A stretch of 63,766 nt of DNA, counting the filler, from Choristocarpus tenellus KU-1152 (lineage: Eukaryota; Protista; Phaeophyceae), in the NCBI GenBank assembly GCA_964200185.2. It is 13 parts of 13 records of this genome, joined end to end, with 100 filler letters (N's around TTAATTAATTAA, not from the genome) between each part and the next. Parts side by side here need not be neighbours in the genome. Positions count along the whole stretch, not along the records: positions 31,887 to 40,930 come from CAXNAD020004052.1; positions 41,031 to 44,536 come from CAXNAD020019565.1; positions 44,637 to 50,004 come from CAXNAD020011010.1; 10 more parts are not named here. The stretch is one strand, 5' to 3'. This document shows, in pieces, positions 37,677-50,104 of this stretch; position 1 is the first letter of the stretch, and every line of letters starts with the position of its first letter. Position numbers and translations under genes: made by a program. Under the pieces are notes generated by a model. It was not told where the DNA came from. It searched no databases and was given only the letters and a program-made list of their open reading frames with translations.

Positions 37677-38075
37677 CTAATTTGATGGGGAAACGATTGG
37701 TCTGCACAGCGGGAAATCCTGCAGTATCTCCGGGCAGGGAAATGACGTATGACACAACAGAGCAAGCACAAAACGTTGTGCAACCCCAACATTTGCGTCA
37801 CCACTAGCACCAGCAACAACGGTTCCATGTTCCCCAGCAGTGTCCTCTTCAAACTCATCATCAGTGCTCAACATCGCGCTCTTGATTGAACAAATAAAGG
37901 TACTGACCGACCAGTTCCCGTCTCCTCTTGGATCTGGCGAAGGGGCACCAACGAAGGTATTTTCGAGATCAGGCAAAGTGACGGGTGCAAGATATGCAGC
38001 AACCGGAATCGAGGGAGTGTTATCTCCAGTGCACGGATACTCCTTGAGCTTCTTCCCGAGCACACCAACAGAGCT
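37677..38075 (-). CDS. Candidate exon or ORF of unknown function
   Basis: Open frame of about 130 codons with protein-like composition. No family recognised and splice boundaries uncertain. Confidence 0.3.
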   Translation of the reverse strand, partial: SSVGVLGKKLKEYPCTGDNTPSIPVAAYLAPVTLPDLENTFVGAPSPDPRGDGNWSVSTFICSIKSAMLSTDDEFEEDTAGEHGTVVAGASGDANVGVAQRFVLALLCHTSFPCPEILQDFPLCRPIVSPSN

Positions 38076-39248
38076 ACTTCACAATCAGGCAACAAGGTGA
38101 ACGAGACACCTGGAAAACACGAGGACCAAGCGGAGACAGGATGCTCTTCTTTAATGTCAATTAGGGTCTGGTAGAGCGAAGGTGCCAGGAATACGGGGTA
38201 AAGGAAACTTAGGAAATTGGATAAGAGGTCTACAGCCGTGGATTGCTTGTGTTATGTGGGCATCCATCAGCGGGATGATTTTCCGAGCACAAATATTAGG
38301 TGATTGTTTGATACGCGGAGTGACTCATAGAGGTCGTTGATTTTATGGGTTTGGCTATGTGTGTGTGAAAGCCACGCTGACATGGCATGGTGGGCGGCCT
38401 TTGGCGATCTCGATTCCTAGTGGAGTCTCAGCCCTCTCATTGTGGATATTTATTGTTGCCCTTGGCTTTACTGTTGGCAAGGTGAGGTGGCATATTTCTA
38501 AGGTTTTGTCTGGAGTAGATTAAAATATAGCAAATAATATCTTCCGTCGGGTTAAACAAATGTTTTGGACAGACGGTAAAAGAAAGTCAACACGATAAGA
38601 CCACTTCCTTGGCTCGTCTTCTTTCTTGGGTGTTGTATTGTATGGTGAAGTGAAGTGGAGTGCGATGCTTTGTTTCCCATTTAACATGATGCTCAAGAAG
38701 AGTTGACATATCATACCCTTTCGTGTAGTACGTGTGACTGAACGAAGCGGTTATTTTTAGACTGCCTGCATTTCGTTCAGAATGTGGGTTGTCAGCAATG
38801 TACCCAACTCAGATGGATAAATGTGATGGGTGGGAGGCTGTAGTAACAGTGTCTGATCTGATTGTGAGGATAATATTATCCATCTCGAACGTGTACTTTG
38901 CCCTTGTACGCGCAATATTATAAGAAAGACTGATTTATATATATATATATATATAATTTTATTTTTACTAAATATCTATTAGATGAGGGGTTATAGGTTC
39001 TATGCCTTCAAGGTAGATACTTGTTTGCTCTTAGAATGTTTCAGAGCAAAATTGATCCATTTCATTTTTGAAAGCAGGGATTGCGTTGTATGGTTCAGAT
39101 TCCGGTAGTGTTCTTTTAGAGTTGCGAATTGCCCACGGTGTGTCATTGTGATTTGTCATTCCAGGATGACAATAGGCAAAACTTTGGTTCTCAATCATCA
39201 AGGAATTATTTTGCTCACTTCTCTGACAGTAGGGATGTTAAGAACCCA

Positions 39249-39320
39249 GATCCAAAGTATCTGTGGGGGGAGGGGGTTCTACGCCAGGGTGTCCATTTGG
39301 ACCAAAAGCAGGAAAAGTGC
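39249..39320. mobile_element. MITE family A, truncated left part
   Basis: GATCCAAAGTATCTGTGGGGGG...CCAGGGTGTCCATTTGG..CAGGAAAAGTGCA. Confidence 0.75.
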
Positions 39321-39899
39321 AGGATCATGAGTTCCAGTCCTCGTCAATGCAAGGATAACTCCGCGAGTGCTTCAGGATCCCTTGGGAATAATTTATGATA
39401 CTCAACATCTATGTAGATAAATGAAGTAGTTGGTTCCGTCCATGAGAGTGCTCACATCCTTATGATGATAATTGCTCTGGTGCCTGTAGCTGGTAGGTAA
39501 GAAGCACGATTGTGAACTCAAATAATCAAATAAAATACAGTTCAAAGTATGCATATCTGGGTCGTTTCATGTTACGCCGAATGAAAGTAGATAGATAAGC
39601 ACGGAACCTACGTTATACTTCGAATTACTCGGAGTACGCATAAACAATATTACTATCAATGACTCTCACAGTAGTGGAACACCATGGAGACATCATCTCG
39701 TCGTGCTTGTTATGCATCAAGTACTTTGTTCCTTTCCTTCGTGAATTACACTCCTTGCTCGCACATCACATTTAGTTTGGAGATCAACAAGTTTCCTTGG
39801 AACTTTCAATGCTGAAGGGAAAATGCACGAGCCTGTTTCTGCAATATCGACCTCCCCCCCTCTTTCTCTGGTCGAAACACAGAGAAGAAGACAACCAAT

Positions 39900-40330
39900 G
39901 AACAACGGATGCAAGAAACCCATCCGAAAGAGAATCCAAGGAGAAAGCAGCATTCAACAAACAGTGATGGTGGTGTTGTCGCGCCCAACCTTAGCTGCCG
40001 CTTTAGCACGGGGTACATGAGCCATCTCAGCTTCCTGAATGCCACTCTGTCATGAGAGATGCTATGCCAGCAGCTACACACTTATAACATTTCTGTTGGT
40101 TAGTAACCCTGGCGCTCCAATCCCCAACCACAATGCCCCTCTTCTCAAGTTCGTCTTGGAGGCAAACCGACGACCACCTTTTCTTCTGTGCACCTTGTTT
40201 TCGTGTTCCAGCCTCAAGCTCCCTAAACATCAACCCCTTGGAAAGTCACCCACCCCCCGTGTGTGCAACACTGACTCAGCATGTAATAGTCCCTGCTTGT
40301 GTGCAACAGTTGCCTCAATATTCTCACTCA
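39900..40330 (-). mobile_element. 3' remnant of an RTE-like non-LTR retrotransposon
   Basis: ENIEATV.., FPRG/LMFRELEAGTRKQGAQKKRW..CLQDELEKRGI..DW..CYKCVAAG resembles the post-RT region of RTE-clade LINEs (P..l..geL..G.R..G...KrW.D.l..dL). Boundaries approximate. Confidence 0.65.
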
Positions 40331-41030
40331 CATTCTTCACAAGAGTATATTTGTAGGATAGGGCACGACCGATGCATTCCCATTTGCGGCCTCCAGTACA
40401 CACTCTTCCAGTATATAGATACATACCATGACACAGGTTTTCCAGTTCTAAGCACAATACGATCTATTTCAGTTCAAATGTTCATATTGAGTAGATTGCT
40501 ACGTAAAATTACTTTATGCCAAATCCTGACATCCACGTATGTGCCGTTGGTCTGGAGGGCAAGTGCGGCAGCACACGCCTATCTCTGACCAGGTAACTAG
40601 GCAATAATATCAACTTGCAGATGTGCATATGTATTACACCCTGAGGGGTGGGAGTCCTTTCACCATCAACAGGAACATCCATGTGGATGCCATATATTCC
40701 GCACTAGGGCCCACTGTCCAACGCGCCCAATGATCCATACCATGACAAGGGCCTCTTCCTGGATGCGACCTTTGTAGGGGTCCAAGCTGACCTGTCACCT
40801 CCAGGAATCTTCATCCAAGAGCAGCGCCATTGCTGCTGTCCCTGAGGTCCAGAGGCGAAACTACTATTAATTACGAGGTATCTTTTGACACCCTCACAGG
40901 TACTCCGAGTATAACTTCAATACCTTTGATNNNNNNNNNNNNNNNNNNNNNNNNNNNNNNNNNNNNNNNNNNNNTTAATTAATTAANNNNNNNNNNNNNN
41001 NNNNNNNNNNNNNNNNNNNNNNNNNNNNNN

Positions 41031-41266
41031 GCCTCTGTAGGGGATCATCGACAGTGGGGTCAGCAACGAGGAATGGGATGGGGAGGGGGAGGAGGAAGGG
41101 GTGGAGGTGGTGGGCATGGGGATAGGAGACAACTATGTCAGTGGGGTGCACTTGGGTTCCTCTTCAAACTCCCCTGATGCCTCTGTAGGGGATCATCGAC
41201 AGTGGGGTCAGCAACGAGGAATGGGATGGGGAGGGGGAGGAGGAAGGGGTGGAGGTGGTGGGCATT
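41031..41266. repeat. 148-bp-period tandem duplication at contig start
   Basis: GCCTCTGTAGGGGATCATCGAC...GGTGGTGGGCAT identical at 41031 and 41179. Confidence 0.9.
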
Positions 41267-44200
41267 GAGGAAGGAAACCTTCTTTGTGAGGGGCTGAGGG
41301 ATGGGAGCGGAACGATAGGTACCTTTGCCTAGATGTCAAGTTGGAAGTATGGTCAAGTGCGTATATATATATACATATTGTATTAGTAATTCGTCAAATA
41401 TTGTAATGGCTGTGTGTTGCTGCTACCTTTGAGGACATCGATGATGAAATTACTGTGTGTTGTCGCCTTTATTGGTTGCTTTTGTCGGAACAGAACGGTT
41501 GTGTGCCGTTGGAAAATGCGCTGGTAAGGGGAGACACACACACGTTAGGTACCCTTCGAGGATTTTTGTATCATGCAAGAGGATTTGTATCACCTCTTTG
41601 TGGGGTGACATATCCTGGAAGAGGAGTTTTTGTTTTATGCTCCGTATTTGGTAGTGGGGATTGTATGCTGTTGACCCTATGCCAAGCCAGAGACAACAAG
41701 AGTGTAGACCAAGGAAGACTTGACGAAGCTGACTGCTGAATATTGGCGTTTGTTCTCAGATGGAGTTCACGGTTAGGGTTTTTGGCTAAGGGGAGTGACT
41801 AGTAAACGGCTCGTACTGCTGCTACCGTTCCGAAAATGCAGCATTTTGCTGTTTACTGGGGATGGAGTGCAATAAGTATTTTTGTTAGTTAGCCTCTACT
41901 GCTGTAAAGCTTCCAATTCTCTTTGTACATGCGTATAACCCAAGTACTTAGTGCATATGTGGCATCGGGAATATCTAACTCTGTTACGCGATCAGGGGTC
42001 TTGGTTCTGCAAAGCAACAGCCAATATATAGTAGTATTTCCATGGTTGCTGTTCTCACCTTGGAAATGAAGGGGTCTATTTGTCTTTCTTCAGCCCACAG
42101 TGTGGGTGGCGTGTGTTGACAATGATGTTGGTATCGTGGTTGTTGCGAATTCTTCTTTCGCGCTAAGTGGGATGAGATGCTGGGTGAAAGGAAGATTGTC
42201 TCTAACTTGGTGGCATGCCTAGCGTTGCGAGTATTGTGCGTTCGTCATATTATTTTTCTTGGAAGTTTTGTTACGTTGTAGACAGATTGTAACGGTGTGG
42301 ATCTTTGGAGGACAGGTTGTTTTCTTGTTATTAGTTGTCCTCTGTTGTTACCTCTTCGGTCTATTGTTTATCGCCCCCAAAAATACATTTTTGTATTTTG
42401 GGGTGTGGATGCATTATCGCCATGGTAGTGTCGGTGAGAAAAATTTGCATCCTCCATGTTTTTTTTTGTCTCTTTGAGGTTGGTGGTTTTGACGTAACAT
42501 ATTATTATTAGTAAATACAAAGTAGTCGTGGAGAACACGTACGTACGTATGTACGAAGAAATGTTTGTTACATATGTGCGCATTTATCATCGTTCCGTCA
42601 ATAATGGAAAAAGAAAATTACGGGAGGTATTCTTCTCTGGCTGCATACTGCATGACTATCAAACGGGCGACTAACTCGTTGATGAATTTCAGGTACCACA
42701 AGCAAATACAGTATGCACACATTGCACCCATAGTATGTTATTATGTGGTCGGGTATTTTCTACCAGAATGTTTTTGTGAGTCAAAGTTACCATGAGGGAC
42801 CCACGGTCACATTAAGGATGCTGATGAACATGCGCAAATTTTGGCTTTATGTAGAAATGTGCGTGTGGAATTATTTTTTTTGTAAATTTTTCCGAACGGT
42901 AGTGAAATGAACAACTCTCAAGTCAGTCTTAGTAGTTTATCCATAGAAATAAGGGTGAGTCACAAAAGATGAAAAAAATGGCTATTAATGCAAAGCGACC
43001 AAAACATGGTTACCTCTCGTTCACTTTGGTTCTTTTGTCTCCTTCACGTGGAGGAAACGATGGAAGGGACGGTACAGAGTTTGATCTAAGGGGTCAAGCC
43101 ATCCCGAGGTTCATCCCAAACTCGTGACTTGCTGTCGTTTAATATTTCCGAACGTCACTTATTTTCACCTATGACCTATCTTATTCGCCTCGATTACCGC
43201 AACCACAGTGCGCTCTTCTTCGTCGACTATTGCTGATCATTTCTATCCCAAGCGAGCAGAGAGTCGCGGCACATGACACACATAAAATATTTAAATAATG
43301 TAATGTTCATGTACTCTGGAGTTTGTGCGGAAATCAGTAGAAAAGAGAGGGCAGTAGAGAGAGAAAGGTAGCCGGGAAAATGATACAATCATCCTGTATG
43401 TCGTGATATGATTATTCTGCTTAGAACTTGAAACGAACGGACCTATCTCAACTACCATAATAATACACCCATAATATACTAGATGTACTCCATCCAAAAC
43501 TAGTATATATATTTCCAAGACTATTGTAACTCTCTAACTACTACTACTAACTCTGCATGTTCAAAAGCAGGTCCAATTTTCAAATAACCTCAAAATAATA
43601 TGAAGGGCAGTTTAAATTCTCTGAGGTGGAAGAAAATAGGTATTCATTTTCTTCTATGGCTAACTAATATCATGAAGGTAGTAGTGACGGAAAAGAGGTT
43701 CGTCAATTAAGGCTAAAGCTGGCATGGTGTTGTGCAACATGCATGTGCACCCCTTGCGTTTGGGATACATTTCAAGGACCTTGGAGAAGAGAAGAATTTG
43801 CTCATCATCAATAGTACGTGTGTGTTGTTATGGAACTGACGTTGTGCGGTGCATTGACTCCCTCTTCCCACAGGTAAGGTTTGTGTTCTTACTTCCAGAC
43901 AATACTGCGAAGGAAACAATTAGTACACCTTCGAGAGTAGTGTGTTTGCTTTAGGTATCATCATTAATCATAGATTGTATTCAAGATAGAGTACGATCTA
44001 ATTAATAGGTATTACTTCTTGTGTATGTTCTTACTATTATAGTATATTATTGTATATTCAAAAATGAGTCTTCAAGATCGTTGATTATTCAAATTAGTGT
44101 TTTAATATTTCGCAATGCTACAGGTCATATTTCCCTGTAGCTGCATTCCTAATCAGTTAAGTACTGGCGCTGCTCCTTGTTTATAGACAACATGACGGAC

Positions 44201-44636
44201 TGTGGAGCAACACTGTAACAATTGCTTGACCGGATTCCTTCCATGCTTTTTCTTGGAGACATACGATGGATTGAATGGCAACATTAATCGATCGAAGAAT
44301 AATCGGCGTCATATGTATCATAATATGTAAAGTAATATTTTGTGCCCCCTGACGTTTTTGTTCGTAATGTCATAGGACAGAATCAGTATCAAAATCATAT
44401 GAAAGGTTTCAGTAAGTACTCTGTCCACAGTTCTCTTGGTATATATTTCCGAAATTGGTTGCTTCCTCATGTAACAGGGGAATCTCAAAATTGAGGAAGG
44501 CGCGGGACTATGAGGATGGTTTTTTTGCGAAAACGGNNNNNNNNNNNNNNNNNNNNNNNNNNNNNNNNNNNNNNNNNNNNTTAATTAATTAANNNNNNNN
44601 NNNNNNNNNNNNNNNNNNNNNNNNNNNNNNNNNNNN

Positions 44637-44756
44637 GTGTCCATTTGGGTCATAACCAGGAAAAGTGCACTTACATTATCCATCCGAAGTATGCAATCAA
44701 ATAACCAAATTGCCCCCAAATGGACAGTCACCACCCCCTCTCAGATACTTTGAGTC
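44637..44756. mobile_element. MITE family A, right part
   Basis: GTGTCCATTTGG..CAGGAAAAGTGCAC...CCCAAATGGACAG..CAGATACTTTGAGTC, inverse of 29538-29680. Confidence 0.8.
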
Positions 44757-44782
44757 AGCAGCTCACCTCTCACCTCTTCTCT

Positions 44783-45043
44783 GAGCCAAAGTATCTTAGA
44801 GGGTAGGGCCGTGTCCATTTGGTGGCCAAAACCAATGTTGTGATTTTGATAAAATTTTGGCTATTGTGTTTGTTAGGAAGTTTCAATATCCGTGTTCCAG
44901 ACACACCTTGTCATGACGTATACATTTTACCTACTCCTAAACATTTTGGAGTAGGAAAATTTCAATAAAAAGTAACCCATGGGAAGTCAAGCCCCAAATG
45001 GACAAACAGGGAAAAAATCGTACCCTCTAAGAAATATTCACTC
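44783..45043. mobile_element. MITE family B, complete, within an intron pyrimidine tract
   Basis: GAGCCAAAGTATCTTAGAGGGTA...TACCCTCTAAGAAATATTCACTC. Flanks CTCT and TCT (imperfect TSD). Confidence 0.88.
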
Positions 45044-45063
45044 TCTTCTCGTCCTTTCGACAG

Positions 45064-48000
45064 AGTGGTCACACTTCAGATTAATGGAAGCGTGACTGGT
45101 CTCTCAGAGGTGGGGAGCTGCCAGCCTCTGCCAAGGGCACTGATCGAGGTTTGGCAGGCAGATGAACATGGGTGGTACAACCATTCCACACCAACATCCC
45201 TGGCCAAAGGTCTTACCTGCCCTCCCTCCCCTGAGCACTTGCTGCAGCTATGTTGACATCCCTTTCTGAATAATCCCCATCACCAACGTTTGTTGTAATT
45301 TCTGGGCAGTCATAGAACTGATCTATGTACTGTGGTCGCCCATCACCTAGAACTCTATGCAAGATTTCTGGCTGACGTGTGGCATGCATGCATTCTGGAG
45401 TTGTTATTTGTCTCTCCTCAGGAAAACTTTGCCAAATCAACCCCATTGTGGAGTGGTATAACTTCTAATTTACTGCAAGTGAATGACACAAAAATTTACT
45501 TAGAGGTGGTTCTCGATTTTTGAGTTTGGAGCACTAGGTTTTCATCAATTCCAATTATTGTACTTGGTCCTTTATTGCAGTATCAAAGGTTGGATCTACA
45601 AGTAGTTAATACATTATCTAAATTTAGCATCCCAACAACATGTTAGTAGATGGTGTAGCAAACTCTGCCTGTTGAGTTGCCCTCATGCGATAGTTGAAAG
45701 GAACACGGTATTGGCTCTGGATATAGGGTTGATGTATTGTCATTGGACACAAATGTGTGCTTTTCAAACTGAGCTTCAGGGCCTTTCACAATCTACGAAG
45801 CAATTTACGATGCTTTTCGTCATGGTTTAGCAGGAACTCTATGGTGCTCCCATCACCAACACCATGGTAACTCAGAGCAATCTCTCTTACCAAAATACAA
45901 ATTTTAATATCCATAATTCGCAATTAGCCTGGCTGGATACCGAGCAGGAGAATGAAAAGGGACCGAGTCAGGCTTGCAGGGCGGCAATAAGGTCCGGTGA
46001 TAACGGTGCTTACCTCTTCACTACAGTGACCCCAGGAGTGTATGGCCCACCTCAGGTGACCACAGAGGAGATATCCATGCTAGGTGTATGGGATAGACAA
46101 TTAGATAGCTAGATCGATTTCACAAGGAGGTAACAGCCTAACCCTGGAGTACTTCAGAGAGATTTTCAGTAGGGATGGGTGTAATGATTGCTTGCCATGT
46201 GATACCATCAATAATACAAATTCCTCACATTTAAAGCCATCTGATTAAACTCTAGTCCCAGCATTGGGACAGTAGAGTGCTGGAGCAGAGCACACAGCCA
46301 AGGGCATATGTGTACATGTTTGATTGCTTGAACCACGACACATTCAAGACATGGGCCTAACTGCAAAAGGATGGAGTCTGAAGCAGCAGATTATCACCAT
46401 TGCTTAACCCTCCTATGCAGGTAAACAACTCCAATGAAATACAAGCAACAAAGAATGGTCATCATACATCTTACACGCTCAGATCAAAACCCAGGAAATC
46501 TGATCTTGTGGTCGGCTTACGCTTGCTTATTTTCATCTCATTGGACTCGAGCAAGCTTTTCATTTTTTTCCTCTCCCCGTCTAATTGTCCGCCCTTCCAG
46601 CACATCAACCTGAGGGTGAGCTCTCCTGGTTTCAAGACCATTTTCACTCGAATTTACATTTCGACAGACAGGTGGTTGCGGTACCTTGCAGGGGGGAACA
46701 TGCCATCCCTTGGAGAGGACCCCAGGGTGCTCACCCCGGTTGAGGTGTGAGAAACTGATATTCACGTTTATTTCCAATGGACTTCCTCCGGGGGAGGGTT
46801 AGGTGGAGTGAGAACCATGTGGAAGGCTTGCTGGGGATAAACAAGGCGGGTGATGCTTAGATGCACCCTATGAATAAAGATCTTTCTCCCGCTGTCGTAT
46901 TTATACTCTCTCCACCTCGATGGCTAGCCTTGAATATAGGTATTTCCTATTGAACAGAAGTTTTCAGACAGATGTATAGCCGTTGGAAGACCATCCAAAC
47001 CTCCAGGCCCAAGAGCAACCAACGAACAAGTCCACTCCAGCTCGAACATTTTGTTCTGAGTGATTCTTGATCCATCAAGTCTTGTCTTGTCTTATATTGA
47101 TACTGTGGTGCAAACATTAGTTCTTTTTTTTCTTTCTTTTTTTTCGCATGATTGAAATGCAAGATTGAACTATACCAACAATGTGGTGACCATTAGGCTT
47201 CCCCTTTATTCCACAATTGTCTATTCACAATCCCGTGGTCGTTCTTTCCCCCTCTGAAGGTAGGCGAGGGTGATGCCAGCACCCTCTCTGCAACGTTCAA
47301 TGTGATCCTGGAATTGGCTGATTACGGTGAAGACCTATCTGGGGAATGGCGCAGCATGGATGACGGGGGGTTGATCCAGGTTTGAGGCGTGGGTTAAATG
47401 AGCCTTCTCAATGAAGGAAAGTTGCTATTGGTCTTGGGTCTCTTCTTTTCTGAGATAAAGCATCTCTCCCAATTTGGCTGTATCTCCTTTATCTGTATCG
47501 TACAATTGTTATTCGTGCTTGTCCTTTATTTCCCATGTACACCTCTGAAATGACTACGAATCAAAGTTTTAAGAGGGTAGGGTTGCGTCCGTTTGGGGTC
47601 CAACATCCAATGTTGCGATTTTGATGTAATTTTGGCTATCGTGCTTGTTAACGGGTGTCAATGTCCTTGCTCCAAACACACCTTTCATGGTCGTATACAT
47701 TTTTTGTAGCTGCGTTCACACACACAAAAAAAAACAGACAAAGGGTGGAAAAAAACCCATGGGAAACCGAGCCCCGAACGGAGAAACAGGGCAGAGCTCT
47801 TACCCTCTTTGAGCCTACCCTGCTCCGTTGAGAGAGGAAGGAGAGAGAGCCAAGCAGTGACAAGAGTGCTGCATGAGACAGTTGTCGGAACAAGGAGATG
47901 AAACGGTGTCCGTCCAATGCCAGTGGCAACAAACGAGCTGAGAAGGAACAGTTGCTACCAACAACAACGGTTCTATTTGAAGAGCATATTCAAAGAGCGC

Positions 48001-48465
48001 TCTGCTCTCCTATCACGGGGAAGATCTTCTGGCGATAATTGTGAATCCGCAGCTAGAAACGTTTTTTTTTTTTTATTCCGCTTGTCATGCCCCGGTTCAA
48101 TTCGATTAATTTCTTTTTTTCACCCCACAGCGAAGCCCCAAAAGAGAGATAGAGACCCCACCGGTCGTTTCTACTATCCGAACACCAAAACCCCCCCAAA
48201 AAACAACAACAACAAAAAAACAAAGGTGCTCTCCGACGGAGCTCGCTTCGTTGCGAGTCAATCTCCGCACCCCCGATCCTGGGGGACGGTTTCAGGCATC
48301 ATCTCTGGCGGCAAGGTCATCGGCGCTGACTTGAGAGATGGTACGGTGGTTGATGCACGAGTTGTTCCCAGAGATGTGAAGAATGGAGGAGGAGCATCGC
48401 ACGAGCTTCTTTGGAGTAACGGAGTTCGGTGGCGTCGTATTGGGGGAGGGCGTGGTTTCAGGTAG
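45064..48465 (+). CDS. Intradiol ring-cleavage dioxygenase-like protein with C-terminal beta-rich domain, 5' partial; exons 45064-~45209, 45928-46055, 46601-46744, 47260-47379, 48226-48465
   Basis: LQINGSV..CQPLPRALIEVWQADEHGWY, CRAAIRSGDNGAYLFTTVTPGVY, HINLRVSSPGFKTIFTRIY, ATFNVIL. Phases consistent. First donor is weak and joining of the last exon is inferred. Confidence 0.82.
47558..47810. mobile_element. MITE family B, diverged intronic copy
   Basis: GAATCAAAGTTTTAAGAGGGTAGGG..GTCCGTTTGGGG..ATGTTGCGATTTTGATGTAATTTTGGCTATC..CCCATGGGAA..TACCCTCT. Confidence 0.8.
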
Positions 48466-48998
48466 GTGGTCGTGGTGAGATGGGGCATGGGATTGAGCAG
48501 TATGGAACGTAGTGGGACTGCATGAAATGGAAATTTGCTTGGTGTCACTTTAGTAAAATGTCTGTTTTCTTGGTGGAGTGAAGGGAGTCGAGGAGAAATG
48601 AGAGGTACCTCAGAGTTTTGCACTTCGAGGATGCTGGGATTTTACGTGTTTGTGTAAAGTTTGACTCTTTTTTTCTTTTTTTTACAGATGTGTAAAAAAA
48701 AATTCTGAATTGTTGTGTCGGAAAAGTTTCGAACAATAGAGAATCGAACTCTCTCAAGTCAAATTTAGAACTTCGTCCATAGAAATGAGGGTGAAATTTT
48801 GCAAGAGATCGAAAAAATGGAAATTTGATCTCAAAATAGCTAAGACTTCAGTTCCTCTTGTGTATTTTGCCTCAGAGTAGACCTAAACCCTAGGCCTAAC
48901 CCTAGCCTGAACCTGAACCCAAACCTGAACTTGACTAGGCTAGTATAGAGACTCCAGCAATAAAATAAGGGTGAAGGCAGGGTGATTGAAGGTTGGGC

Positions 48999-49029
<31 letters not shown>

Positions 49030-50104
49030 GGAGAGAGAAGAACTGGACAACCTGTCACAAAAATGCCCAGAGTTTAGAATGAGTGCTTTGTCAAGAAGAC
49101 ATTGCAATAGTGTTGAGAATTGGAAGACCAGATCATTTATGAGCACATGCTGAAACGGTTGAGGTTTTTTATTTGACGTATATGTTGTTTATAATCGAAA
49201 TGTACATGCAGTGCATGAATGGAGGCGAGCGGATATCTGATTTCTGCGAGCATACGCATGAAAATAATAAATCAGTTCACACACACACACACGCGCGCGC
49301 GCGCAATATATATATATATATATATATATATTGATATAGTTTTTTTTTTAGACTTCTCCCTCGATTCTCGGTTCCAATCGATCGTTGTTCAATCGAACCG
49401 TAGCGGTTTCATCGCTACTATTCACACCACAAGAAAAATTATCGTAAGAAAATTGGAAGAGAATGTAGCCCTCAGATTAAATGGATAAAAAATAAGAAGT
49501 GAATAAAGATAAGAAGAAAATCTTACTTTGTTGCTGCTGTTGTTGTTGTATTGCATCCTACTTCGCCTGTATCAGCATCCAGGATGGGTAGGACTGGAAA
49601 TATGTGCGAGAAACACGGAGCTCCTTCCCCCGTTCGCATAATGCATTTTCTGTTTCTGTTTTTTTTCGGGAAGTTTGTGGCAGTGCTGCCAATCCATATG
49701 GGTCAATATTTTCTCTTTTTTTTGTATCCTTACAAAAAGAGAATTAGGGTTACGATTATGGTCATGGTTAGGGCTAGGGCTAGGGCTGGGGTTAGGGCCA
49801 GACACGTCTGCACAAGCCCCTCGTAATGCATTTCATTCAAAAAGAGATATTCTTCATCTTGCTACCTATCCAACACAGCTGTACACCGGCAATCGCATCG
49901 CATAGATTTTTACCGGCAGATATGAAGAAGGCAATGGGACTCAACAGCAAAAAAAAAGAAATAGGAAGTACGAGTGATCACAGATACATGCTGCCAACTC
50001 CCATNNNNNNNNNNNNNNNNNNNNNNNNNNNNNNNNNNNNNNNNNNNNTTAATTAATTAANNNNNNNNNNNNNNNNNNNNNNNNNNNNNNNNNNNNNNNN
50101 NNNN

